From Mytilus trossulus (lineage: Eukaryota), in NCBI RefSeq assembly GCF_036588685.1, contig NC_086386.1, positions 57,350,001 to 57,414,000 on the forward strand: 64,000 bases of DNA, in the 5' to 3' direction. Shown one piece after another: positions 38,157-52,554 of the stretch (positions are counted from its first letter, which is position 1; every line of letters starts with the position of its first letter). A program made the position numbers and the translations under genes. Under the pieces are notes generated by a model. It had not been told where the DNA came from. It did not search any database and was given only the letters and a program-made list of their open reading frames with translations.

Positions 38157-39259
38157 GTGCAAATGATAATCACTTTACTGGGCAGTCTAACTTAAGTTAA
38201 AATGTCAGCATACATTAATCATACATGTAGTGAAACCTGCCTAAACTGAATCCTACATAAACCAAAGAACTGTAAACGAAACATGGTCTTAAGAACCATC
38301 ATATCAAAATGTATGCTTGTCATACTGATAAAACCAACACAATCTCAAGTCCTGAAGAGGTTCGTCATTGTTTATGATTATATATAGGGTGTGTGTCAAT
38401 GAGACACCAGTTAGGGTGCTAAAATCAGTTGAGGTTTATGTATAAGAACTATAATACAGTTTTATTAACACAATTGGTAATCTTGTAGAAGTATAGGAGT
38501 CTTGGTTGATACAGTTCATAGGGTTATTATGCTTGGTCTTACCAAAGACAAACTGAAAGACTTTAAAATTGGTTTTGCTGCATTTTTATATTTCATAAAG
38601 AAGACTTGTCTTCTTCTTCTTCCCGTTACGAGTCGAACTCTGTAGTAAAGTGTAATTGACTCAGGCATGTGAGGTTATGTGTCAGAAATCGAAGACATTA
38701 TCATATATATCTCTAAAAAACAATTTGTTTGATGAACTTGTATTTTCTTTAAGTATTTTATATATTTGTATATTATTTAACTGAATGCGCTCGTAGTATT
38801 TGCTTATGGATGTCCATTTGTCTTCTGTCTTGACTCTAAGATAATAAATCTGTATCTAATAAAAAATCCTCATTTTTTGCCGTGCAGGAATATTGACATC
38901 AGAATTCGAAATTCAGAGAAACCAATGGAGGAATACAAACAACAATAATAATACAAAGACTTGCTTCATACAGGATGGTAATCCATGACGACTGATTCAG
39001 TGCAGCTATTGATAGGAAGGGTAATGATACCAGCCCAATACGAATGATCAGAATGTCAACCACTTATAGTTCAGTCTTTGAGTTGAAATGAAATGAAAAA
39101 AACGAAATTCTTGTGTAACACCATGACAGTTCAACTTTACACGTACATCACCTAGTTGTTTTAGATTAACATTTGAGTAAGATATTATGTTAAAATCTTT
39201 TGAATGAACTGTTCAAATGTAGAATAGCTTTGTAATCTCTAGATACATTTAGTTATGAC

Positions 39260-39869
39260 AGTCAGGGGTACTACTTGTACAAGTTATTTTTAATTACTTG
39301 AAGAAGTAATATTAATATACCTATATAAGTAATTTTGTAGGATACTTATACAAGTGAATTTTATTTACTTGTGTAGGTAAAATAAATATTGGCAGAGTTA
39401 TGTCCCTTTGACAATCAGATTTTTTTACTTGTAGAAGTAAAAAAGTCATCCTTTCTTCTTTTCTTGAATTCTTAGAATTTCTTTGCAGATATCTTCACTA
39501 ATCATTTAAGTGTAGTTTCATGGACAATGAAAATCCCATTTGTCTTTTATCTTTAGAAGACTGCTCATTTACAAGCCCCCAAGGAGCAATTTTTGAAGGC
39601 CTTGTGATTGTTGAAATTATGATATGAAACATTGAACTGTAATAAAAAAAATTTGAGCAAACCTGGGAAAAATCATTAATAGTATGAATTTACATCTCAA
39701 AACTTGAGGACTTTTGTGGGATTGTAAGAAAAATTTACTTATACAAGTAAATTTTTGAGAAAATTAAGGGGAGATTATTAAAACATCATTTATTTACTTA
39801 TAGGTGTATATATATTTTTTTACTTCTTCAAGTAAATAAAAATAACTTGTACAAGTAGTACCCCTGACT
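39260..39869. mobile_element. MITE with ~50-bp TIRs
   Basis: AGTCAGGGGTACTACTTGTACAAGTTATTTTTA / TAAAAATAACTTGTACAAGTAGTACCCCTGACT; internal TACTT...AAGTA repeats. Confidence 0.8.
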
Positions 39870-40539
39870 ATGATATTGACTTATAGTAGATTTTATAATT
39901 GAGAGTAGCCTTTATATTGCAATTATTTATTAGTTAAGTAAATTATGGAATAAGAGAGTGCAGAGGGACGATATAGTTATCAAAAGTAGTAATATGGGAT
40001 AGAGAGAAGCTTTTTAAATGTCCCTCACATTTGGCAAGTTTTAATATTGTGAGAAAGAATTCCATAGTATTAACGGTCATTTAAACATTCCAGTAGTGTA
40101 GTAGTCATGTAGATAGTTGTTGATCAATAAATTACTGACTCAAATATAATAAGGGTATTCAAAATAATGGAGAAAAAAAATATATGACAAATAATGTCAA
40201 ATAGAAAGGTTGTTGTTACAAATTTAATAGATATATCCTATTGTACGATTTTATCCAGATATAAAACTAAAGTATCATAGTTAGTCAAACGTTATTTGTT
40301 TCATTGAATTTTTATGCTGCACAGTTATAACACCCATATGACATCCAAGTACCTAATCAAGTTTTTCTTTCAAAATTTTCTGATTTACTTTTTTCATCAA
40401 GTGATTTTTTATTGTGATAATGTACTGTTTAGTTGTTTTTGATACATGTATATATATTTTAACTTATAATGTGTATTTTTAACATGATGGTTTTATATAA
40501 ATTAGCTCATGATCATGATGATGAATGTTTTGATATTCG

Positions 40540-41048
40540 CATAGATGCCAACGATTTTTGCGTAGTTTCTCCGATTTTGCTATAAAAACTAGGCTATTAT
40601 GGTCAAAGTCGAATAGTTACGGATTACCAATCATCGCTGTTCAATTTTGTAAAATGGGATTTTTATCATTACTTTTCCGTCCTGGTCCGGTATTTAGAAA
40701 ACGCCAATGTAATGCTTCAGGTTTCTCGGGAGTTATCAACCTATTGTCGAGTAACTGTCTTCCGAAGAGGCAAACTTGCATTTTATGAGTAGCTTTCCCC
40801 CTTTCTCTACTTCTCCTTGACAAAACGAAAATGTACGAGTCGAAAACATCTGAACAATTAATTAATGGAATACATACTACAGACAACATTTTTAAACGAC
40901 AAATTTTAGTGCACATCACCTTGCAACCATTCGTCAGTAATTTTTATTGGTAAGTGCACGTTTATGAATGATTACTGAAAACTTTTCAAAAATACGGAAA
41001 ATTTCATAGTTTGTTACTGATTGTGTCAAAAGGGGGTTGGCATCTATG
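40540..41048. mobile_element. MITE with 6-bp TSD (hATx/hAT6-like)
   Basis: TATTCG|CATAGATGCCAAC ... GTTGGCATCTATG|TATTCG. Confidence 0.8.
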
Positions 41049-41835
41049 TATTCGTAAAAAAAAATCAGACATTAATTCTTGAAAAGTTTTTATACGGCCT
41101 CATTGGTATCACGTTGTCATCTTCATCGTTTGTGATGTCTGAAGACAATTGATTTCCGGACAAGAACTTTAGTATAGTGAATAGAAGTCTATGAAATTAA
41201 AATTATTTAAACACAAGGTTTATAACCACAAAAGGAGGAATATGGTCTAAACAGTTTACTTTTAAGTAAAATGTTGAATTTGGATTACCTCCCTTACACT
41301 GCTTTTAAATTATTAAATTGGTAATTATGGTTGCAAACTCCATTGAAAATTTGAATTATGACTAAATCTTGAGTTGAAGAAATTATTTTGGGTAAAAAGT
41401 GGTTGTTGGGGTCGAAAAAATATGGGGCATGGGCATGGGCATGTGGGGGACATTTTTTCTGAAGATTTTAAAAATTAAAAAGAAAATTTCTTCAAAACAT
41501 TTTTGTTTTGCCAAAAAAGGGGGGGGGGGGAATTTTAATGGCATGGGGTATTGCACACAAGCCAAAAATTAAATATAAATTCAAATCATATAAATGATTC
41601 TTAGTTCTTTGACTACAGTTATTCTGTGTCAGAAACCTATTATATTTCAAATGCTTAATTTCAATTCCAATTCAGACATGTATCAAGTGTGAAAATTGTG
41701 TCTGTTTTTGCCCCAACTGTTCAGAGCTTCATTCAGTGAACAATTTATTTTATATCATCAAGATTTTCTTGAGTAAATATTTTAGTATTCCAGTTGTTAC
41801 TGCTGTGATATGTTTTTACTTCGTTTCATGCTACA

Positions 41836-43124
41836 TTTTTAGCTCACCTGGCCCGAAGGGCCAAGTGAGCTTTTCCCATCACTTTGCGTCCGTCGTCCGT
41901 CGTCCGTCGTCGTTGTTAACTTTTACAAAAATCTTCTCCTCTGAAACTACTGGGCCAAATTGAACCAAACTTGGCCACAATCATCATTGGGGTATCTAGT
42001 TTATAAATGTGTGGCGTGACCCGGTCAACCAACCAAGATGGCTGCCACGGCTAAAAATAGAACATAGGGGTAAAATGCAGTTTTTGGCTTATAACTCAAA
42101 AACCAAAGCATTTAGAGGAAATCTGACATGGGGTAAAAATGTTTATCAGGTCAAGATCTATCTGCCCTGAAATTTTCAGATGAATCGGTCAACCCGTTGT
42201 TGGGTTGCTGCCCCTGAATTTGTAATTTTGTGGAAATTTTGCAGTTTTTGGTTATTATCTTGAATATAATTATAGTTAGAGATAAACTGTAAACAGCAAT
42301 AATGTTTAGTAAAGTAGGATTTACAAATAAGTCAACATGACCGAAATGGTCAGTTGACCCGTTTAGGAGTTATTGCCCTTTATAGTCAATTTTTAACCAT
42401 TTTTCGTAAATCTTAGTTATCTTTTACAAAAATCTTCTCCTCTGATACTACTGGGCCAAATTAATCCAGACTTGGCAATCATCATCTTTGGGGTATCTAG
42501 TTTTAAAAATGTGTCCGGTGACCCGACTATCAAATCAAGATAGCCGCCACAGCTAAAAATAGAACATAGGGGTAAAATGCAGTTTTTGGCTTATAACTTA
42601 AAAACCAAAGCATTTAGAGCAAATCCAACACGAGGTAAAATTATTAATCAGATCAAAATCTATTTGCCCTATAATTTTCAGATGAATCTGACAACCCATT
42701 GTTGGGTTGCTGCCCCTGAATCGGTAATTTTAAGGAAATTTTGCTGTTTTTGGTTATTATCTTAAATTTTATTATAGATAGAGATAAACTGTAAACAGCA
42801 ATTATGTTCAGCAAAGTAAGATTTACAAATAAGTCAACATGACCGAAAATTGTCAATTGACCCCCTAAGGAGTTATTGTCCTTTATAGTCAATTTTTAAC
42901 AATTTTCATAAAATTTGTAAATTTTTATTAACATTTTCCACTGAAACTACTGGTCCAAGTTCATTATAGATAGAGATAAATGTAAGCAGCAAGACTAGTA
43001 AAGTAAGATTTACAAACACATCACCATCACCAAAACACAATTTTGTCATGAATCCATCTGCTTCCTTTGTTTAATATTCACATAGACCAAGGTGAGCGAC
43101 ACAGGCTCTTTGGAGCCTCTAGTT
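41836..43124 (+). mobile_element. Helentron-associated HINE-like element with ~501-bp internal tandem units
   Basis: TTTTTAGCTCACCTGGCCCGAAGGGCCAAGTGAGCT start, (CGTC)n microsatellite, units at 41921 and 42422, end GGTGAGCG...AGGCTCTTTGGAGCCTCTAGTT hairpin; partial copy at 52098-52472. Confidence 0.85.
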
Positions 43125-44359
43125 GTGTTTTGTTAAATTTCTGTCATTGTTGTAGAGAGATCTGATTATAAATATTTATGCATGAATTATTAATTTTGTT
43201 TGTTCAGAATGTCAAGACTTGTTTTTGTGATCAAGAATTTTTAAGAAAATATGAATTGTGAGAATTTGATTCTCTCTTCCAAATTAAAAAAAAACACAAC
43301 TTTTACATGAACTGTTTGATAAACTATTGTACAGTCATTTAAAATCATTTAAGTTACTTTTGCATTATTGATATTTAATAAAGTAGAATTTTATACACCG
43401 ACATAAATGAATTTTTATATGAATTCAAATAAATATTTAAGAAGTAATTAATTAATGATTTTAATTTTATTTTTTGAGAAAAGGATTCAAAAATGGTTTG
43501 TTAAAGCTCACCTGTATCACAAATGTTTATCAATTTTTAGATTTTATATTCAATGATTGTAGCTTTAATGTTACAATGTCTTTCAAAATGATAAATTAGC
43601 TTTACAGACAACTTAAATCACAAATATCTTTATTATTCATGTGTCTGCCATAGGATGTCATATTAAACATCACTGTTGAAATAAGACAGTCTACCCCTTG
43701 TCTTATCAAGATGTTCCTCAACAAATTTGTTGGGATTTTATTTTTATATTTGTCTGAATTAATGCTACAGAATCTTGACCAAGGAAATCATATTTAAAAC
43801 CATTCCTTAATTTATCTCTACATATGGCATTTACTATTATCTATGATGAGTTTACCTACACAAAAATAATAGGTATCATATTATTATTTGTTTTGTAATG
43901 TAGCTGCAAAGCTATATACAGTGTTTAAATGAAATGCCTGTTTTAAAAAGGAACATGGTTTGTTCTTGTATTTTATTTACATTTTCATTTTGTAATGTAG
44001 TGTGTGCAATTTTTTAGTGTTATTGTATTTATTAAAGTTGTTATTAAAACCTCAGAATCAAAAGTTAATAGTTTTAACTTTCATTTAATATACACAAGAA
44101 GTTGGTTTTTTACCTGATTTCAAATATTTTGATTAAATTTTACCCTCATTATAGATATAAAGATATCTAATTATGTATAAAATGTCCTTCATATCTTTCT
44201 GATTTTCTGTAAAAATGATTTGAAATACATACATATGTAGAAACCTGGGGCAAATAGTATATTTCAATCAATGATATACAACTATATAAGCACCGTCAGA
44301 TAGAAATCGACCTTATGCTAGTGCATGTAAGACTTTGAATGAGTTTAAAACACAAGAGA

Positions 44360-46605
44360 AACTAGAATTGCCATTGCAAGCAATAGCGGATGTCACCCTT
44401 CCCCTATTGCCACTAAGCTGCATCCAATTGAAAACAATTTAACAGTGATTGCAGATCAACACATTGCAATATATTTTTCTATAAATTTTCAGTACATTTT
44501 GAGCATAGTCAAAAGTTTCACCTTCACTTCTTCTGTTTCCATGGCAACGGCAGCTATTTTGGAAATTCCAAAGTCAAAAGTCTCATCTATACATGCCAGT
44601 TAACACTAATATTAAGTTTCATTAAGTTTGGAGCATTTTGAAAATATTTGACATTTCTGCAGTTTCCATGGCAACCATGGCCATTTTTGAAATTCCAACT
44701 TCAAAAGTCTCATGTAGACTTGACAGTCAACAAATATATTAAGTTTCATCAATTTTGGAGCGTTTTGAAATTTTTGAAATTTGGCTGGTTTCTATGGTAA
44801 CAGATACCATTCCAAATTTCTAATGGTTGATACCACATTGGTACATGGGAGGGAACATACCATCAAAGTTTCAATAGATTTGACCTACCATTTTAAGAAA
44901 GTATATGCCACTTTAAGGTTTTTGAAGCATTTTGACCATTTTTGACTTGTTTCCATGGTAACGACAGACATTTTAGAAATTCCAACGCCAAATAGCACAT
45001 CTACCAATGTTGCTCATCGTTCCTGTGGAGTTTTATTAAATTTGTACCATTTCGATATTTTGGAAATTTTTGGTGTAGTTTCCATGGCAACATGATAGTT
45101 CCAATGATTGCCAAAATCATCCAAAACCAGTATATGCCCGGCACCTACATTGTATCAAAATATAATGATTCCAAGTTAAAGCAACTCCAAATAATTCATT
45201 AAATCCTAAAACTTTAATTTTTCACAATTGTTCCGTTTCCATGGTAACGGCAGCCATTTTTTATGGTCTTCAGGCCTACTGCAACCCGAAATTTTGTGTT
45301 CCTCATGTAAGTTAACTTTCATTACAATTGGTTCCATTGGCTCCGAGAAAACTGCCGGACAAAAAAGGTGGAAGAATAATAATAATACAGAAAAAGAAAC
45401 AGAGGAAAAGCAATATGTCACCTGACATTGTCGATCGGGTGACATAAAAAGAAAAAAAAGAAAAAGAAACGTAGAATAACAACATGTCACCCAAACTCCG
45501 TTTAGGGTGCCATAATAAGAACTAGAATTGCCATTGCAAGCAATAGCGGATGTCACCCTTCCCCTATTGCCACTAAGCTGCATCCAATTGAAAACAATTT
45601 AACAGTGATTGCAGATCAACACATTGCAATATATTTTTCTATAAATTTTCAGTACATTTTGAGCATAGTCAAAAGTTTCACCTTTCTTCTGTTTCCATGG
45701 CAACGGCAGCCATTTTGGAAATTCCAAAGTCAAAAGTCTCATCTATACATGCCAGTTAACACTAATATTAAGTTTCATTAAGTTTGGAGCATTTTGAAAA
45801 TATTTGACATTTCTGCAGTTTCCATGGCAACCATGGCCATTTTTGAAATTCCAACTTCAAAAGTCTCATGTAGACTTGACAGTCAACAAATATATTAAGT
45901 TTCATCAATTTTGGAGCGTTTTGAAATTTTTGAAATTTGGCTGGTTTCTATGGTAACAGATACCATTCCAAATTTCTAATGGTTGATACCACATTGGTAC
46001 ATGGGAGGGAACATACCATCAAAGTTTCAATAGATTTGACCTACCATTTTAAGAAAGTATATGCCACTTTAAGGTTTTTGAAGCATTTTGACCATTTTTG
46101 ACTTGTTTCCATGGTAACGACAGACATTTTAAAAATTCCAACGCCAAATAGCACATCTACCAATGTTGCTCATCGTTCCTGTGGAGTTTTATTAAATTTG
46201 GACCATTTCGATATTTTGGAAATTTTTGGTGTAGTTTCCATGGCAACATGATAGTTCCAATGATTGCCAAAATCATCCAAAACCAGTATATGCCCGGCAC
46301 CTACATTGTATCAAAATATAATGATTCCAAGTTAAAGCAACTCCAAATAATTCATTAAATCCTAAAACTTTAATTTTTCACAATTGTTCCGTTTCCATGG
46401 TAACGGCAGCCATTTTTTATGGTCTTCAGGCCTACTGCAACCCGAAATTTTGTGTTCCTCATGTAAGTTAACTTTCATTACAATTGGTTCCATTGGCTCC
46501 GAGAAAACTGCCGGACAAAAAAGGTGGAAGAATAATAATAATACAGAAAAAGAAACAGAGGAAAAGCAATATATCACCCGACATTGTCGATCGGGTGACA
46601 TAATA
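44360..46605 (-). mobile_element. Head-to-tail dimer of a ~1160-bp Helentron-type element
   Basis: AACTAGAATTGCCATTGCAAGCAATAGC at 44360 and 45520; near-identical units; terminal hairpin CACCCGACATTGTCGATCGGGTG; many CCATGG(C/T)AAC motifs. Confidence 0.85.
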
Positions 46606-46882
46606 AAAGCTGAAAGGTGGTAGTAGGGTCTTGTATCATGACAATCGCCTCAATTTTCAAACAGTTGTAGACTTTGCAAAGATAATTTTTCCACCCAAAA
46701 TAAGTAAACAGATAAACTGATATTCATTTGCATCAGGTTGATTTTTATCTGACACAGCTCACATGTAACAAACTCCTACCTTCAAAAGTAAAGATTTTGC
46801 AGTGTATGAAGAATATACCTTACCATGAAAGATATATGAAAAAATAAAAGTATAATGTGAAACTCCAAAATTCTATATTTAA

Positions 46883-47520
46883 AGAATGACTGTAATTTTC
46901 TTCTGTCTATGAAGAAATAACATAAAAAATGTGGTGCACACTGAATAACCTGCCAAGTGGGTTATTTCACAGTGTGCACCACATTATAAGTTATATGGTT
47001 CGCTACTGACCCCTTACGGATCCATAGAGGGTTAGTAAAATTCATAGGGGGTGAGGCCGGAGGCCGAGTCCCCTATGAATTTTATTCACCCTCTATGGAT
47101 CCGTAGGGGGTCAGTAGTTAACCGTATAACGAATTTATCGGACCTGCACTTTTTCTGCGGCGTTTTGTTGAAAAATAAACAATGAAACACAACAACATTA
47201 ATAGATGACGTCGCCATTAACGCGTCACGAACCCCATATGAAACTTACTAACCCCATACGGTCTCATAGGGGGTCACCACGTGACGACGTTTAACCAATC
47301 ACAACGTGATAATTTATCTGTGGTCCGATAATTCTTATGTTATTTCGAATAGACAGATAAAATATTAGTTATTTATTATAATTTAATTCTAAATTCCATT
47401 TTAAACGGGTGAAAACCATGAAAAAAATGTTGATGACGTCACAGTCACATGACAAAATTATATCTGGGCTCATAAACAAAACGACGTCAGGCAATCAGAA
47501 GACGAGTTACATCCAAAATT
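46883..47520. mobile_element. Nested palindromic non-autonomous elements
   Basis: A 140-bp near-perfect hairpin (46990-47130) plus IR TTATCGGACC/GGTCCGATAA sits inside a second palindrome (TGTGGTGCACACTG...CAGTGTGCACCACA). Confidence 0.6.
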
Positions 47521-48169
47521 CTATATTACAAAAGAATAAAATGTAAGATAGATGACTATAATGAGACCGAGACATATTTGCTGACTGCCACATGAAGATC
47601 CTGTAGAGCTCCAATTGTAGATTAGCAAACCGTCCACATAAGGGTTGAACTTGCATTGTATTCACTACATCAGATGGACATTTCCTCATAGTCTTTAGAA
47701 TTTTAACAAATAAAGGACACAGGACATTTTCTGATTGTCTAAATTGAACTGTAACATCTTTATGCTTTCCCTCTTTTTGTTAAACTAGCAACATTTGCCG
47801 CAGAATCAAGACAGCAATATATCCTACATTCTGTCGTCATTGATGGCATCAACATATACATTCATTCTCAAGTAAAGCTATCAACAGATTAATAACTATC
47901 TTATAATATATATTACCCTGGATTGTTACCCAACTAAGTATCTTAGACGGAAGCTTGATCAAGATTGCAAGAAAGTAAACATAAGCTCTTAAAGCTGTTA
48001 TAACTGACAAAAACATACGTTTACACAATAATCATAGTTTACACAATACCAATATAAACACAGAACATACATTTCATGTACATATTGGCTGAACTAATTT
48101 ATATACTTTATATTATATACATCATGAGCACTGTGATAAAAGGAACATAAAACTAAAGCTCACCATTCA

Positions 48170-48985
48170 CAAATTATAAAAAGCTAAGCACACAAATACA
48201 AAAAAGCAGCACTTTTGTGTTCCAAAGCTGTAACATAAAACATAAAACAAATACAAAGCACATGCATTGCAATGACATGAGTTGCCATTCCATGAGTTTA
48301 TTGGCCGGACTTTTGAACTGGGTAAAAGATGTTTCAGTTCTTAAGTGGTCTGGCAACTCATTATATAGCTTGGCAACAGAATATTTGAAAGATGTCAAGC
48401 CATACCTTGTTGTTCTTACAGCAGGTATTTACGCTAATTTTAGATATCTAAAAGAATATTTTGTTTCTTTAATGTTTATTAGATCGTGGAGGTATATTAT
48501 TTGCATGACTGACTATTATAAATCCCTCTATTGCCATGGTTCTTAGGCGTTTTTTATTTTAAAAGTAAATCTTCATATGTGCTATTGTAAGTCTGGAATA
48601 AAAATGCGGAGTGCTCTTGCTTGTAATTTTGCAATTTTAAAGTGTTTGCCACGCTGCTAGGACAATGAGAAACTCTTAAAGTTTAACATAATGAAGGAGT
48701 GATATGTTGGTAATTTTCCTAGTTTGTTCAAGTATTTGCCAAGTCTTTTAAAGACATTTAGTTGTCTGGATGCTTTTTTGCAGATGTTTGACATATGTGT
48801 GTTGGAAAGTAGCGCAAAGTCAACGGTGTTGCATAATAGTTTGACATATTTTTCAACTCGAACCTATTGTTTGCTGTGAGATAAGTATCCTTTAGCAGTT
48901 CTAAAGAGGAAGTTGAAATACCATAACCTTTAAGCTTAAGCAGCAGAAGATTGTGAAGAAGACAGTCAAACGCCTTAAAGAAAGA
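48170..48985 (-). mobile_element. Degraded CR1/L2-type LINE RT remnant
   Basis: Broken frames read AFDC...LLLKLKGYG, HMSNICKKASRQLNVFKRLGKYL and RTTRYGLTSFKYSVAKLYNELP. Confidence 0.75.
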
Positions 48986-49050
48986 AAAGAACCTTCTTCT
49001 GTCATAAGTACAAATTATTGCTTCATTGCTTATTTTAGAGTTTGAACCCT

Positions 49051-51902
49051 ACAGATCTTAATTTTGTTAAACATGAATGACTATATTTATTTGAAATTGA
49101 TTTTGACAATAGGAATGTTCCAGCATCGCATAATAACGAATTCGGATATGTCTGTAATATGTGCCGCTTGACATAAATCTGAATCTTTGTAACATTCTAA
49201 TACCTAGATAAGTAGAAGAATTAAAATGCGAGATTATTTATAGCTTTGGTCAACTATTATAGAGAAAAGCTATAAACTTCAAAATATATCAAAGGATTAC
49301 ACGGACAAAGCAACATACAAGGGACCTATTCTTGAAGGTTGGTGTGTCCATCATGTAGCATATGTGGCAACCTTTTGTTAAATATAAAAAAGAAGATGTG
49401 GTATGATTGCCAATGAGATAAATGTCCACAAGAGACCAAAATGTTAGACATTAACAAATAACGGTCACCGAACGGCCTTCAACAATGAGCAAAGCTTATA
49501 CTGCATAGTCAGATATAAAAGGCCCCGATATGACAATTTAAAACAATCCAAAAGAGAAAAACTAACGGCCTTATATATATATAAAAATATATGAAATATG
49601 TAATACAAAAACAAACGACAACCACTGATTTACAGGCTCCGGACTTGGGACAGGCACATACATAAATAAAGTGGCGGAGTTTAACATGTTAGCGTGATTT
49701 AAAGTCCAGTTTTAAATTAAACTTTTAGAAGTTTTTCAAGTTCCATTCATAACTTAACGTCGACACCTTATAATGTAGAATAACTTTTTTTAACATTTGC
49801 AAAATTTCTGAGAATGAATCGAACAGCCCATAATCGAATGCACCATTCACTATCTTAGTCGACATGTCTTTGACGAACACTAGTCTGAACCACTGACAGT
49901 CTTTGTTAAAACACCTCGTGCACAAATGACAAAAAATGGGTACAGAGTATTGTCCCCGCTAACCTGAAGTGAACACGTTTCAGCTCTGTGGTTCCCAGTG
50001 CATGTTTTCGGTAAAAACATTTGAGGTACTCCGCAGTCTACAAAATGAAACAAAAGTTTAAAGATGGTGCTGTCTTGGCGAATACAAAAGCATTTATTTA
50101 TTCGGAAATGCTTTGATGTCATGAAATGAAGTCACAAGACACATGCAAACAGTCGTCGCTTGAATAGGCAAAGTTGCCCTTCATGCAACTTTGACACATA
50201 GTCACACAATTCCCTATGGTCTTAAGCATAATAAAAACAAAGTTCACTATAAAATAACTAACATCACTAATACTGGAAGCAATGGATTTTTATGTGTAAA
50301 AAAACACAGTAATAAAAGTTTACATCCATAAAAATGACAGGAACTGTATTCATAGACAACCGATTATGAGCGACAAAACAGGTCTTTTTGAAAATTAAAT
50401 AATTTCGTATTTTTCTTAGTACTTCTATGAGGGTTTTTTGCATTTCTTCTTCGCTTAATTATGCATGACATACCATTTAAATTGATGTTTTAAAATATAC
50501 TTTTATGTATTGTGCATCAATATGACAATATGGGGTAAACGTCAATGAGACAGCATCCTAGCAACACGAATAACCAAAGGATATGTGCGTACATCATCTA
50601 AACGACAAAAATATCTTTAATGGACTTCGCAGTCAGCTAATTTTTTTTTTTTCTATTCTTTTAAAATCTCTTGCTATATTCAACTGAGTTTAACTCAATT
50701 ACTATGCTTGAAAGTTTCCCTGCCGAATGTCAGTGGTTCCATCCGGTGACGGTCTCTTCATCTTCTTATATAGCTACACCATAAAAACCTTGGCCGCCAT
50801 GAAATAGCTAACAAATGATAAAAGTGGCGTTAAGGACCAACACTAAATAATTTATTTCAGACGTTTTTCACACAGATGTTAATTTTGTTAAACTAGACTA
50901 TATTAATTTGAGATCAATTTTGACAATAGGAATTCCGGATATGACTGTAATATATGCCGCTGGACATAAATCTTAATTTTCCTAAAATACTAATAAGTAG
51001 AAGAATTTAAATGCAAGATTATTTATAGCTTTGGTCAACTATTATAGAGAAAAGCTATAAACTTAAAAATATATCAAAGGATTACACGGACAAAGCAACA
51101 TACAAGGGACCTATTTTTGAAGGTTGGTGTGTCCATCATGTAGCATATGTGGCAACCTTTTGTTAAATATAAAAAAAGAAGATGTGGTATGATTGCCAAC
51201 TGTCCACAAGAGACCAAAATGTCAGACATTAAAAAAATGAAGGTCACCGAACGGCCTTCAACAATGAGCAAAGCTTATACTGCATAGTCAGATATAAAAG
51301 GCCCCGATATGACAATTTAAAACAATCCGAAAGAGAAAAAACTAACGGCCTTATTTATATATAAAAACAAATATATGAAATATGTAACACAAAAACAAAC
51401 GACAACCACTGAATTACAGGCTCCGGACTTGGGACAGGCACATACATAAATAAAGTTGCGCGGAGTTTAACATATTAGCGGGATTTAAAGTCCAGTTTTA
51501 AATTAAAATTTTAAAAGTTTTTCAAGTTCCATTCATAACTTAACGTCGACACCTTATAATGTAGAATATCTTTTTTCAACATTTGCAAAATTTCTAAGAA
51601 TGAATCGAACAACCCCTATTCGAATGCAGCATTCACTATCTTAGTAGACATGTCTTTGACAAACTCTAGTCTGAACCACTGACAATCTTTGTTAAAATAC
51701 CTCATGCGAAAATGACAAAAAAGGGATACAGAGTATTTACAAAATGAAACAAAAGATTTAAAGATGGTGCTCGTCTTGGCGTTTACTCAAGAATTTACTT
51801 ATTAACGTCATTAAATGAAGTCCTAGACACATGCGAACAGTCGTTGTTTGAATAGGCAGAGTTGCCCTTCATACAACTTTGACACATAGTCCCACAATGC
51901 CC
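49051..51902. repeat. Local direct duplication of ~1.1 kb (49051-50213 vs 50872-51902)
   Basis: Collinear shared blocks (e.g. TTATAGCTTTGGTCAACTATTATAGAGAAAAGCTATAAAC); the second copy lacks ~90 bp. Confidence 0.85.
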
Positions 51903-52554
51903 ATTTTTAATATTTACATTTTCAGTCATAATGATTGACGTATCTTGTGCACTTTTAGGATTTTTTTGTCTAACAATATCTTAATATTATTGTATAAACT
52001 ATTCTTCTTATCTATTGACCTTCTCATCAACGATAAAGATGGAAATATATTAACATAATGTTCAAGTAATTATAAACAGTTGTTAAAAAAGTACTTCAAC
52101 CCGTTGTTTGATTGCTGTCCCTTAAATAGTAATGTTAAGGACATTTTTCAGTTTTTGGTAATAATCTTGTATATTATAATAGATAGAGATAAACTGTAAG
52201 AGCAAAACTGTTAATCAAAGTAAGATCTACAAATAAGTCAAATGACCAAAATTATCAATTGACCCCATAAAGAGTAATTGCCCTGTCAATTTGTCACAAT
52301 TTTTCGTAAATTTTAGTAATCTTTTACAAAAATCTTCTCCTCTGAAACTAATGGGCCAAATTAAACTAAACTTGGCCTAAATCATTCTTATTGGTATCTA
52401 GTTTAAATATTGTATCTGCTGACCCCGTACATCAACCAAGATGGTGGCCATGGCTAAAAATAGAACATAGGGTTTAGTATAGGAGTCTATGAGACAATTG
52501 TAAAAGAACAATTTCAAATGTTCACAACTTGAAAACTTATTCAAATAATGTTAA

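Noticed and set aside
45206-46623. Duplicated 65-125-aa ORFs
   Set aside because: They lie within the non-autonomous Helentron dimer and show no Rep/helicase motifs.
49725-50122. Cys-rich minus-strand ORFs with a DCGVP sushi-like exon start
   Set aside because: Stops follow, the remaining sushi consensus is missing, and the segment is deleted in the duplicate.
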